Position numbers and translations under genes: made by a program
Source of the DNA: a virus
Reading direction: 5' to 3' (one strand)
IMG/VR virus record: IMGVR_UViG_3300042508_000428
Length of the DNA stretch: 64,000 nucleotides
The notes under the pieces: generated by a model
Seen by the model: only the letters and a program-made list of their open reading frames with translations
What the model was told of the DNA's origin: nothing
Databases searched by the model: none
Part shown: positions 37,101 to 46,591 of the stretch, piece by piece
Numbering within the stretch: the first letter of the stretch is position 1
Layout: the number at the start of each line of letters is the position of its first letter

Positions 37101-38636
37101 AAAGGAACATCTAGTATTGAAACGAGAAATGTTGTTCTAGGTTTTATAAAAAATTATCTTGTTTCTTCATCTGGTGTTGGTAAATTTTATCTTGTAATTT
37201 CTGATGATCAAGGCATACAATTATTGTTTTCTTTTCTATCACAATATATAAATTATAGATTGTGTTATGAACAACTTAGTAAATCAATAGCAAATTTCAC
37301 TCCAACAGTTTGTTTTAATCCAAATTCAAAATTTGATGAGTATAACAAAATTTTTAACGAAGATGCTATTGAACAAGAAAAAAACAACTTGTTAAGATCA
37401 TTAGATGATTTATGTTCTACAAAATTACCTGATGTTTTTGATTTACTTGATAATGGACCAACTGTTGTAACAAAGAATTTTATAAAAACAATTGTAAATG
37501 CAGTAAGTGTTGCGACATCTTATAAGCCACAAATATTGTCTGTAGGACCGCAACCAGTAACTCCTCAATCAATATATGATTCTGCTCTTTTGTTAGAAGA
37601 AGGACAAAATACACTAAATTTAATAAAAAAATTAAAAGAAAAATCAAGTTATATATTGAACCAAGCGTTTAGGATTGGTATGTCATTTACTGATTATAAT
37701 TTTCTTATTACATATCCAGGAGGACAAGTTGCAGGAGTGACTTATAATGATTATCCAGAACCAACAATAAAAGATAATAAAATTATAGCAGTTCAATCCC
37801 CAACGGCAAGATTTTTTCAGAGAATTGGTTATGAAAATAATATTACTACAACAAAATATGTTGATTTTGAAAATGAATATGAATTTACTAAAAATTTTGT
37901 AACTCAATTTTTAGATGCTGTAAAATGGAAAAACATAGAAAAACCAGCATATCAAAATAATCCAACGCTTTCTCTTTATAATGAAAAAATTTCTGATAAT
38001 TTTATTTTTGATGAGTATTTTGCAAAACAATCTAAAGTTCCAGAAAATGTTGCAAAACTATGGAAAACTGTTAGAAAAGAAGGAATTTTAAACTATACGA
38101 ACATATCTAATGAAAAATATCAAGAAAATATTTTTATCTCTGAATTATTATGGCTTTATTATTTATATCTACTATCTAATTTTCATCAACCATTTATCGA
38201 TGAAGTTAATAAATCAGTCGGTTCAGAAGAAGAAGACAATACAATAAAACAATTATTTAAAGTAGTAAAAGAAACTCCATCTTTGGAACAATATTATATT
38301 TTCTCCGCAAAAATTTATGAAATGGCATATCAATTAGAGCAAGAATTATTAGGAGACAGCACTATAATAGATGAAGATTTGAAACCTTGGTTAAATTTAG
38401 AAATTAACAAATTCCCACTATATGCGATTAATCGTGGTAATTATAGTGAAGAAATAAAAACATATGTTAAAAATCTTGGTAACTATGCAATTAAAACAGA
38501 CATGGGAGCGATAGATGGATATTTAAAAGAATATGAAATTTTTAGAAAAACAGATACAAGAATATACGACTCAATATCTCCAGGAGTACCTGTTTCAGAT
38601 CCAAATTTGATAATAAACTTTATTGAGGAAGAATAA
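34164..38636 (+). CDS. large hypothetical virion protein (1490 aa)
   Basis: Long ORF within the baseplate module; no domain recognised with confidence. Confidence 0.6.
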   Translation: MARQIPLSEIRQYTSRSNVNTWLPSISGNLVNFAKTFTLNGENYNGASSLGEINSNTIFGKGKDELGKTYDNTKVLEENLLKFYLTLYCLLQDPLKNQKFAGPSIEGTATVKNDRLFTKDLQNLFFNLQTYNTNLITPNTEIAKKISRSITCDAVRYYKKDLVGDVDPIQDQVKFTNLIKFAQKLNGNYQKNVAGVLGKVTYDSIIKHTLYSLLKQNNFIKDLESTDAWTVKASKVQPTKTDIFVDVAGGPYLRAFPVACVVFNDTSGKTLNELLPTANNLVGQAFGRKLDGTNQLVTTIIDKEKNFLEVQNRATGSSLYCIVYDLIKVLVLDPIPEENIFLDLIKIGLSLLSRKGFTQKYKFTKDSLFKQISEIKNYLNANFTNLDNNKYNILYQNKHNLETSYILKDAIESIKPKTAKEFSVQIQNLGNSLENVYQQILQSVNTDAFYLHFDTFYNLLAVTADKQITASTQSPPADGPFVLEEYSAKGLESDLIKTFFQNSNTLPKYGDKDLYEFNPIIAQTQKIISITDSFISEFYGILDDQESLLLYDTDENSTVDDVKTILNINLLKLIDDRTGGKYKLSKSNYISKDAQGKVNTVSLPPSINKLDINTLNYSFDSVGIPKIKLQTLSHFLFTDLITNPKEDDFIKLIYYPRLKLSTSTSLPTDETDRRKSEPPEDKRERSGLEGIPIPKLDDVLNPKEKNRDFLINNIITSELACYEDIAESIDALVNSDFSPEEKISKVFKVIYNIGFPFLLATVSQIISSKLSELLKDGETIDPDLLACVNKDLDKVKKTIINYADLLANLDNAEQLAGLFLQEIPDIPQIPNIPYLLTFDSEEELKRKVIQYVIDGVMQFLSGAIKKVLKNFIDICNADSYLFAFLQSAFDLGEDTGKKLSSPTPSGMVAGNISPVYIPVSITDINDLIDKSGIETKEFVYEAFRKTFFVNKTEYGDQEISIFFSKISEVVDAGEMASLLKGTSSIETRNVVLGFIKNYLVSSSGVGKFYLVISDDQGIQLLFSFLSQYINYRLCYEQLSKSIANFTPTVCFNPNSKFDEYNKIFNEDAIEQEKNNLLRSLDDLCSTKLPDVFDLLDNGPTVVTKNFIKTIVNAVSVATSYKPQILSVGPQPVTPQSIYDSALLLEEGQNTLNLIKKLKEKSSYILNQAFRIGMSFTDYNFLITYPGGQVAGVTYNDYPEPTIKDNKIIAVQSPTARFFQRIGYENNITTTKYVDFENEYEFTKNFVTQFLDAVKWKNIEKPAYQNNPTLSLYNEKISDNFIFDEYFAKQSKVPENVAKLWKTVRKEGILNYTNISNEKYQENIFISELLWLYYLYLLSNFHQPFIDEVNKSVGSEEEDNTIKQLFKVVKETPSLEQYYIFSAKIYEMAYQLEQELLGDSTIIDEDLKPWLNLEINKFPLYAINRGNYSEEIKTYVKNLGNYAIKTDMGAIDGYLKEYEIFRKTDTRIYDSISPGVPVSDPNLIINFIEEE

Positions 38637-38648
38637 GAAGGATTTAAT

Positions 38649-39356
38649 ATGCTTGGTTATGGATTAGCAAATTCTTATACGCAAAAATTTTCAGTAGAAA
38701 ATATAGTATATTCTTTTTTAAATCGATGTATTATTTCAAATCTAACGTATTTGTTAGGAATTAAAATTATTATTAATAGAAATATAAATCCAGATGTTTT
38801 ATTCTTATCTGATCTTCTAAAGCCGAACATAGAAAGCCTTGATGAATATCAAATTTATGTTGATGAATTATATAATTTATTTATAGAGGAAGAATATCAT
38901 CTAACAAGAGCAATAGAAGTTGACAACACAAATCTAGAGATAGATTATCAAAAAGAATTATATAAATATTTAATGTCTTCAAACGTCATAAACAACAAAG
39001 ATTATAATTTTGATAAAAAATTAAAAGAAGAAGTAATATTAGAAGGTGAAAATAATTTAAAAAAAATATTTAAAAACGTTTTACTACTATATTTAAACAG
39101 CTCCATACCTTTAACTGGAAACTCACCAGAAGTTAATAATCTTCTTAATAACGAAGGATCATCTTTATTTATAAGACCAGATCTTGAATTTGTTTTACCA
39201 CTAGTATTTACAAGATATAGGAAGGATTTATTACTACTTAAATCAAGTGGGTTTTTTAATTTTTATGATAAAAATAAATTTTTAGATATAAGAAATAATT
39301 ACTTAGAGATTCTAAAAAGACAAGTAAGTGGTCTGGGCGGGCAAAGGATTATATAA
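38649..39356 (+). CDS. hypothetical protein
   Basis: 235-aa ORF with an AAGGA RBS. Confidence 0.6.
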   Translation: MLGYGLANSYTQKFSVENIVYSFLNRCIISNLTYLLGIKIIINRNINPDVLFLSDLLKPNIESLDEYQIYVDELYNLFIEEEYHLTRAIEVDNTNLEIDYQKELYKYLMSSNVINNKDYNFDKKLKEEVILEGENNLKKIFKNVLLLYLNSSIPLTGNSPEVNNLLNNEGSSLFIRPDLEFVLPLVFTRYRKDLLLLKSSGFFNFYDKNKFLDIRNNYLEILKRQVSGLGGQRII

Positions 39357-39357
39357 A

Positions 39358-39738
39358 ATGGCGCAAGGAATATCAGTTTCACTACCTCTTTTTTATGATA
39401 AGCAAGATGGACCATTTAAATTAAATAAAACAATACAAGAATCGGTCAAACAGAATTTTAAAAATTTAATTCTTACAAACAAAGGGGAAAGAATAATGGA
39501 TCCTCTGTTTGGAGTTGGTATTTATTCTTATTTGTTTGAAAATTATTCACAAGCAACTCAATCCATAATTAATGCAGAAGTGGTATCACAAGTAAATAAA
39601 TATTTACCATTTATTACAATACAACAACTTTTATTAAATGAAACCTCGACAAATTTAAATCAATTTTATATTTATATAAAGTACTCTATAAATTCTTTAG
39701 ATGTATTGGACGAACTTAGTTTTGTCGTAACAAGATAG
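39358..39738 (+). CDS. baseplate wedge protein, T4 gp25/GPW-like
   Basis: QNFKNLILTNKGERIMDPLFGVGIYSYLFE...YLPFITI. Confidence 0.88.
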   Translation: MAQGISVSLPLFYDKQDGPFKLNKTIQESVKQNFKNLILTNKGERIMDPLFGVGIYSYLFENYSQATQSIINAEVVSQVNKYLPFITIQQLLLNETSTNLNQFYIYIKYSINSLDVLDELSFVVTR

Positions 39739-39750
39739 TGAGAAACAAAT

Positions 39751-41541
39751 ATGATTAAAACTAAACCACCTATTTCTTATACAAGCAGAGATTTTGCTTC
39801 TATCAGAAATGATTTAATAAATTATGTAAAGGTATATTACCCAGATACATATAAAGATTTCAACGAAGCGTCTTTCGGAGCTTTGATGGTCGATATGGTT
39901 GCATATGTTGGCGATATTTTGTCATATTATGTTGATTATCAGACAAATGAATCTTTTATAGAAACAGCAATAGAGAGAAATAATCTTATAAAAATTGCCA
40001 AACAAATGGGATACAAATTTACTGGATCCCCTTCCTCTACTGGTATTTCTGCATTTTATGTTTCTGTTCCTGCTTTGGCAAATGGTGGTGGAGAAAATAC
40101 AGATCTAATACCTGTCTTGAAAAAAGGTACTTTATTAGGATCGGATTCTGGAGCATCTTTTATATTGGCAGAAGATCTAGATTTTTCAAATCCAAAAGCG
40201 GAAAAGAAAGTAATAAAAGAAACTGCAAACAGCAATCCAACTGGTTATGCTTACAAAATGTATGGCAAAATAATCTCTGGTGAGGTTAGACAAAAGCAAA
40301 TTGTTATTGGAGATTATGAAAAATTTTTAAAATTACAAATTGATGATGAAAGAATATCAGAAGTTATTAGTGTTTACGATTCTGTTGGTAATGAATACTA
40401 TGAAGTAGATTATTTAACACAAGACACAATATATAGAGAAATTAAAAATACTTCCTCAGATTCAATAAATGCTCCATTTTTTTTGAAAGAATTTCAAACA
40501 TTTAGAAAGTTTGTTACTGAATTTGATGAAGATGGAAATTGTTATTTACAATTTGGATTTGGATCGGAAACAGAGTTTGTAGAAAACAATTTTCCAGATC
40601 CAAGCGACGTATCTTTACAACTATTTGGAAAAAACTATTATACAGATAGTTTATTTGATCCAAACGTAATATCAACAACAGAAACACTAGGAATATCTCC
40701 AGCAAATACAACTTTAACAATTGTATACAGAGTCAATACAAGTGATACAGTTAATGCAGCGGTTTCTACTGTTAATGTTGTTGTGGATCCTGTATTAAGT
40801 TTTCAAACAAACAATTATTCACAAACGGAAGCGTCTTCTTTGTTGCTAGGTCTAGAAGTTGATAACGAAGAACCGATTGTTGGGTCAGCAGAAATTGTAA
40901 GTAATCAGGAAATAAGATTAAGAGCGTATGGAGCTTTTGCAACTCAAAATAGAGCAGTTACAAAACAAGATTATGTTTCAATAGCATATAGAATGCCTTC
41001 TAAGTTTGGAACAGTTAAAAGAGTTTCTTTGGTGCAGGACTTAGATTCCTCCAAAAGAAATCTTAATCTTTATATCGTTTCTGTAACTTCTGATAATGAA
41101 TTAACTTTAGCTACTGACACTATAAAACAAAATCTTAAAACGTGGATTTCTAAGTATAAAATGTTAAACGATACAGTGGACATTCTTGATGCCACAATTA
41201 TAAATATAGGTATTAATTTTGAAATAATCACAGAACTTACAAAAGACTCTACGATTATATTAAATGATTGCCTAACAAAGTTAAAAGAAATGTTTACAGA
41301 AAAAATGAATATTGGTGAACCACTTTATTTAACAGAAATTTATAAAACATTAAATGCTGTTCCTGGAGTCGTTGATACAAAATCCGTATCCGTTTTCCAA
41401 AAAACAGGATCTGGATATAGTTCATCTCAGTTCCCAATATTTGATAATTTATCAAAGGACGGAAGATATCTGTCAGTACCAGAAAATGTAATATTAGAGA
41501 TTAAGAGTCTTGATGATGATATTACTGGAGTAACATTATAA
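39751..41541 (+). CDS. baseplate wedge protein, T4 gp6/baseplate J-like
   Basis: YTSRDFASIRNDL, AYVGDILSYY.D...NE.F.ETA.ER and QNRAVTKQDY. Confidence 0.88.
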   Translation: MIKTKPPISYTSRDFASIRNDLINYVKVYYPDTYKDFNEASFGALMVDMVAYVGDILSYYVDYQTNESFIETAIERNNLIKIAKQMGYKFTGSPSSTGISAFYVSVPALANGGGENTDLIPVLKKGTLLGSDSGASFILAEDLDFSNPKAEKKVIKETANSNPTGYAYKMYGKIISGEVRQKQIVIGDYEKFLKLQIDDERISEVISVYDSVGNEYYEVDYLTQDTIYREIKNTSSDSINAPFFLKEFQTFRKFVTEFDEDGNCYLQFGFGSETEFVENNFPDPSDVSLQLFGKNYYTDSLFDPNVISTTETLGISPANTTLTIVYRVNTSDTVNAAVSTVNVVVDPVLSFQTNNYSQTEASSLLLGLEVDNEEPIVGSAEIVSNQEIRLRAYGAFATQNRAVTKQDYVSIAYRMPSKFGTVKRVSLVQDLDSSKRNLNLYIVSVTSDNELTLATDTIKQNLKTWISKYKMLNDTVDILDATIINIGINFEIITELTKDSTIILNDCLTKLKEMFTEKMNIGEPLYLTEIYKTLNAVPGVVDTKSVSVFQKTGSGYSSSQFPIFDNLSKDGRYLSVPENVILEIKSLDDDITGVTL

Positions 41542-42992
41542 TGAGCATTAGAAGATATATAGCAAACTCAGATAATACCATAACAAATGCTTTCGAAGCA
41601 GATCTTACTACTCGCGGTACAGGGTCAAACATGGGAGCTTCTGATATTCTTGAAGTGTTTACCATCTACGGGCAAACAAGCGGCGCTTCTGGTTATACGA
41701 GAGAGGAATCAAGAATTTTAATTAATTTTCCAATCTCAACAATTTCTTCGGATAGAACATCTAAATATATACCTGCTTCTGGTTCTGTGAGTTTTTTCTT
41801 AAAACTATACAATGCTATACATACATCCACAACTCCAACTAATTTTACTTTAAAAGTTGCCCCAGTTTCTGCTTCTTGGACTGAAGGCTTTGGTCTTGAT
41901 ATGGATGAGTATCAGGACCTTGGAGTATCAAATTGGATTTCTGCTTCTTTGACTTCTGGTTGGACTAATCAAGGTGGAGATTTTTTAACCGGTTCTGGGG
42001 CCTCTACTGGCTCTCAAACATTTGTTCTTGGAACTGAAGATTTAGATGTTGATATTACTGCTCAAGTTGAAAAATGGATCGCAGGAACAACTGGTTCATA
42101 CGGACTCGCGGTTTATCTAGATCCAGTACAAGCTACAGAGGCAAGATCATATTATACTAAAAAGTTCTTCGCAAGAACAAGTGAATTTCAATTATGGAGA
42201 CCACACATAGAAGCAAGATGGAATTCTCAAATTGCAGACGATCGTGGTAATTTCTATATAAGCAGTTCTTTACTATCCACAGAAAATGTAAATACAGTAT
42301 ATCTTTACAACTATAGAAACGGAAAAGCAACAGATATTCCATCAATAGGAACTGGAAATGTTTATGTAAAAATCTATGAAACTCTTGGTGGTTCTGCTTC
42401 CTCTATGCCAGTTGCTGGTGGTGTTTCTGCGGGCAATACGTCGGTTGTAACGGGCGGTTGGGTTTCTACCGGTGTCTACTCCGCCTCGTTTGCTTACACG
42501 GGTTCTGCGTCAACAATTTACGATGTATGGCAGAATCAAGCTGGTACAACTCTGTTTCACACAGGTACAATTTATCCAATAACTTACAATGCCTCTGGGG
42601 ACTCGGATATACCAAATTATGTATTAAAAGTCACAAATGCTCAACAAAAATATTATCAAAATGACAAGCCAAGACTAAGATTATTTGTTAGACAAAGGGA
42701 TTGGAGTCCGACAATATATAATGTCGCTTCTACAGAAATAGAGTCTACAATAATCGAAAAAGCTTACTACCGCCTATTTAGAGTACAGGACAATTTTGAT
42801 GTTGTCCCATATGGAACAGGAAGTACACAACACACTCTCCTGTCTTTTGATGTAAGCGGAAACTACTTTGATTTTGATATGTCTATTCTAGAAAAAGGAT
42901 ATATGTACGGTTTCAAATTTGCTTTTGACTTACAGCAAAATGGTCAAATAGAAGAACAACCATATATCTTTAAATTTAGAGTAGAAGAATAA
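41541..42992 (+). CDS. Ser/Thr/Gly-rich structural protein with a possible N-terminal DNRLRE/CBM-like domain
   Basis: DNTITNA...SNMGASDILEV...SRILINF, WTEG.G and RPHIEARW. Confidence 0.5.
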   Translation: MSIRRYIANSDNTITNAFEADLTTRGTGSNMGASDILEVFTIYGQTSGASGYTREESRILINFPISTISSDRTSKYIPASGSVSFFLKLYNAIHTSTTPTNFTLKVAPVSASWTEGFGLDMDEYQDLGVSNWISASLTSGWTNQGGDFLTGSGASTGSQTFVLGTEDLDVDITAQVEKWIAGTTGSYGLAVYLDPVQATEARSYYTKKFFARTSEFQLWRPHIEARWNSQIADDRGNFYISSSLLSTENVNTVYLYNYRNGKATDIPSIGTGNVYVKIYETLGGSASSMPVAGGVSAGNTSVVTGGWVSTGVYSASFAYTGSASTIYDVWQNQAGTTLFHTGTIYPITYNASGDSDIPNYVLKVTNAQQKYYQNDKPRLRLFVRQRDWSPTIYNVASTEIESTIIEKAYYRLFRVQDNFDVVPYGTGSTQHTLLSFDVSGNYFDFDMSILEKGYMYGFKFAFDLQQNGQIEEQPYIFKFRVEE

Positions 42993-45900
42993 TGAGTATA
43001 AAAGACCTCTGGCAAAAACAAAAAGAAAACAAACTTTCTGTAAAAACAATTAATTCACAGAATTCTCAAGAATTCTTTAATGAAGTTGAATCACCAGATT
43101 ATGTAACTCAATATCAAAAAAGCATTAATTTATATCTCCAAGATGTTAATTTTGCTACAGCATCAAACTTTGCAAGATTTGGATCGGCAAGAAAATATTA
43201 TGAAAATTTAACTACAAGAATAACAGAAACATATACTGGCAAAGATGTTTATTATCCATATGATGGATCAAAAGCAAAACAATTAGAATTTGAAAATAAT
43301 TTAAATCCATATGAAAAATATATATTTCTTTACGAGTATCCAAGATCAACTGGATATGTTGAGTTCGGTAGAACGTGGGATGCGGTAGGGTCAGGGGTCA
43401 GTGGATTCGGCGCAACAAATACACCAGAGTATATTAAATTTTTTAATCAAAATAACGATAATATATACGATCCAGACAATGGACTTAGAGAAAATACTAG
43501 ATTTATTCCAGAATCTGGAAGTACAATAGAATTTTGGATGAAAAAAAATGCTTTTCCAAATTCAGCGACACAAACTGCTAAAGAATGTATTTTTTATACA
43601 AAAACATATGATTCTGATAAACTTTTAATAATTTATATAGATCAAGCGGTTAATACAGGTTCTTTTGTTATAAATTATAAATATTCTAATCTTGGAACTT
43701 CAGATCTAATTTATGTATCAAGCAGTCTTTCTACTCTTGCTGATTCTAATTGGCATCATCATGCTTTCGTATTTAGTACCTCTTCTGGAAAAACTAGCAT
43801 AGATTATTATTTAGATGGTGTTTATAGGAATACAAATTCTACTTCAACTACTTCTTTAACTTACAGTTTAACAGGATCATGCCTCAACGCGATCGGTGCG
43901 TTAGGCGGTAAGATAACTTCTGCTGGATCTGATTTGATTGGGTATGGTAAATTATCTGGATCAATTGATGAATTTAGATTTTGGAATACAAAAAGAAATG
44001 CAAAACAAATTGGTTTAAATTATTTTACTACTATTGGTGGCGGAAATAATGTAATTAATAATTCTAGTATTGGAATATATTACAAATTTAATGAAGGAAT
44101 ATATGGAGATTCTTCTGTGGATTCCGTGATTTTAGATTATGCAGGTGGAAATTGTAACGGACAATTTGTGGGTTATAATTCTAACTCTAGAAACACAGGT
44201 TCTGCCATAACTTCTACTCAAGATAACCCAGAACTTGGAACTCCCATATTGAGATATGGTGATCCGTTGGTTCAAACATTTTTAACAGAAAAATTGTATT
44301 ATGCTGATGAACATGATTTTACAAATAATTTTATGTTAAAAAACTCAATCCCATCATGGATCCTAGATCAGGATAATGATAATGGTGGAACATTAGTTAA
44401 TTTTCTTCAAACAATTGCAAGTTATTTAGATACTTTATATCTTCAAATAAAAACACAAAAAGATCTAAAAAATAAAGATTATTTAAATTACGAAGGTAAG
44501 GCTCCACCCTTTTCAGATTTATTGCTAACATCGGCAGGGTTTGATTTACCATCTCTATTTTTAAATACAGATATTGTACAATCTTTACTAAATCAAGATT
44601 CTAAAAAAACATACAACGAAAGTATAAATGATTTGAAAAATATTATTTATAAAAACATATATAATAATTTGGAATTGTTATATAAATCAAAAGGAACAGA
44701 AAATTCTATAAAGCAATTGATTAAAAATTTTGGTGTAAATCAAGATATTTTTTCATTAAATATTTATTCTAACAATACTCAATATGAGTTAGAAAATAAT
44801 TTTGTTAATAAATCAATTAAAAAAGATTATATAGATTTTACACCATTTTCTTCTTCGATAAATTCAACCGCAGTCGTCTACCAAATAAATACAGAGTCCG
44901 GTACTTCTCCATTTATAACTGGTACACTAAATAATCAATTGTCTTTTACTGCAGAGTGTGATGTTGTTATACCAAGTTTCCCTAAAAATTATGATTATTT
45001 ACAATATAAAACATTAACTTGGAATACTTCCTCCGTATTTGGCATTAGAACCGCTGGACCAGGAACAGTAGGACTAGGTGGAATAACATATGATACAATT
45101 GTACCATCTGGGGACCCTGCTGGATTAAAGGTTAGGTTTATCTACAGAGATAACAAAGGATATTTTTCTTTAAATTATCCTTCCGCAAGTGTAACATTAA
45201 CTTCATCTATTTTTGAAGATATAACAACAGATCAACATTGGAATTTATCTGTAAGATTAAAACCAGTTTATACTGGAAGTAGTTATGTATTAGAGTTTGC
45301 TGGTTATTCTAATTTTGTTTCAGATAATTTTAGATCCTTTTCTGTTTCCTCTAGTTTACCATCTACGAGTGGTTCTTTGTTACTCTCGACAAGCAAAAGA
45401 CTTTATGTTGGAGCAGAAAGAGATGATGTGACAGGATCTTTGGTATATAAATCTTTAATAAAAGGTTTGTCTGCTAAATACTGGGCAGATTATTTAACAG
45501 CGGAAGAACTAAAAGAACACGCAAAGAATCCAAACAATTATGGTCGTTTACAACCATATGAACCATACACATTAGCAACCTCAAGTTATATTCCAAAATC
45601 CGAAACACTTTTGTTACACTGGGATTTTACAAATGTTACTTCCAGTAATTCAAATGGAAATATAAATTTAATTTATGATTTAACAAGTGGAAATACTTTT
45701 GGAAATTCATACGCCAATACTCCGTTAGAATATTTAGTTGGGAGAAGATATGACGGAAAAGGTTATGGTTTTAACCCCAGTTCAACAATTAAAAATTATG
45801 AATTAGTATATTCTTCCGAGCAACAATCACCAGAAAATGTTTATTCCAATCAATTAGTTAATATTCTAGCAACCGATGATGATTATTATACAACTGCAAT

Positions 45901-46591
45901 AAGACCACAAAAATATTTTTTCTCTTTAGAAAACAGTATGTATGATGTAATATCAAAGAACATGTTAAATATGTTTGCATCAATTGTAGAATTTAATAAT
46001 TTTATTGGTGAGCCTGGAAATTTGTATAAAGCACAATATTCAAAACTTAAATTTTTCAGAAAAATATTCTTTGATAAAGCTTCAAACACACCAGATTTAG
46101 ATAAGTATGTTGGTATTTATAAATGGCTTGATGATGCATTAGATAGTATTTTGTTTAATTTAATACCCGCTTCTGCAAACGCTAATGATAAAATTAGAAC
46201 AATGGTGGAGAATCACGTTCTAGAAAGAAGCAAAATTCAATTGCATTTACTGCCAGACGAAGGAACAAATATTGTAGGAGGCAATACTCCAAATCCTGGT
46301 AATGCTAATGCGGTATTGCCTCCTCCCGGTTCCTCAATTAATATAACTCCGCTTCCTCCAATTTTTTTACCAGAGATTCCAATACCAGGAAAGCAACCTA
46401 AAAAGAGAGGATATGCCCAACCAAAAAATAAAAAGATTGATTATGTAGATGTTAGTGGATTGATACCTGCAGAAGGTTCATTCATAACTCTATATGAAAT
46501 TCCATCATCTTTTATATCATATTTGTCCTTTAATAAAAGAACGAGAGAGCAGAAAAAAACTATATCAGCTAGAATAGGAAGAGGAAGATGA
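42992..46591 (+). CDS. baseplate/tail protein with a LamG (concanavalin A-like) domain
   Basis: TIEFWMK, WHHHAFVF, YLDG and GSIDEFRFWN (LamG); YKSKGTENSIKQL resembles the wedge gp7/P2 gpI KGT motif. Confidence 0.7.
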   Translation: MSIKDLWQKQKENKLSVKTINSQNSQEFFNEVESPDYVTQYQKSINLYLQDVNFATASNFARFGSARKYYENLTTRITETYTGKDVYYPYDGSKAKQLEFENNLNPYEKYIFLYEYPRSTGYVEFGRTWDAVGSGVSGFGATNTPEYIKFFNQNNDNIYDPDNGLRENTRFIPESGSTIEFWMKKNAFPNSATQTAKECIFYTKTYDSDKLLIIYIDQAVNTGSFVINYKYSNLGTSDLIYVSSSLSTLADSNWHHHAFVFSTSSGKTSIDYYLDGVYRNTNSTSTTSLTYSLTGSCLNAIGALGGKITSAGSDLIGYGKLSGSIDEFRFWNTKRNAKQIGLNYFTTIGGGNNVINNSSIGIYYKFNEGIYGDSSVDSVILDYAGGNCNGQFVGYNSNSRNTGSAITSTQDNPELGTPILRYGDPLVQTFLTEKLYYADEHDFTNNFMLKNSIPSWILDQDNDNGGTLVNFLQTIASYLDTLYLQIKTQKDLKNKDYLNYEGKAPPFSDLLLTSAGFDLPSLFLNTDIVQSLLNQDSKKTYNESINDLKNIIYKNIYNNLELLYKSKGTENSIKQLIKNFGVNQDIFSLNIYSNNTQYELENNFVNKSIKKDYIDFTPFSSSINSTAVVYQINTESGTSPFITGTLNNQLSFTAECDVVIPSFPKNYDYLQYKTLTWNTSSVFGIRTAGPGTVGLGGITYDTIVPSGDPAGLKVRFIYRDNKGYFSLNYPSASVTLTSSIFEDITTDQHWNLSVRLKPVYTGSSYVLEFAGYSNFVSDNFRSFSVSSSLPSTSGSLLLSTSKRLYVGAERDDVTGSLVYKSLIKGLSAKYWADYLTAEELKEHAKNPNNYGRLQPYEPYTLATSSYIPKSETLLLHWDFTNVTSSNSNGNINLIYDLTSGNTFGNSYANTPLEYLVGRRYDGKGYGFNPSSTIKNYELVYSSEQQSPENVYSNQLVNILATDDDYYTTAIRPQKYFFSLENSMYDVISKNMLNMFASIVEFNNFIGEPGNLYKAQYSKLKFFRKIFFDKASNTPDLDKYVGIYKWLDDALDSILFNLIPASANANDKIRTMVENHVLERSKIQLHLLPDEGTNIVGGNTPNPGNANAVLPPPGSSINITPLPPIFLPEIPIPGKQPKKRGYAQPKNKKIDYVDVSGLIPAEGSFITLYEIPSSFISYLSFNKRTREQKKTISARIGRGR

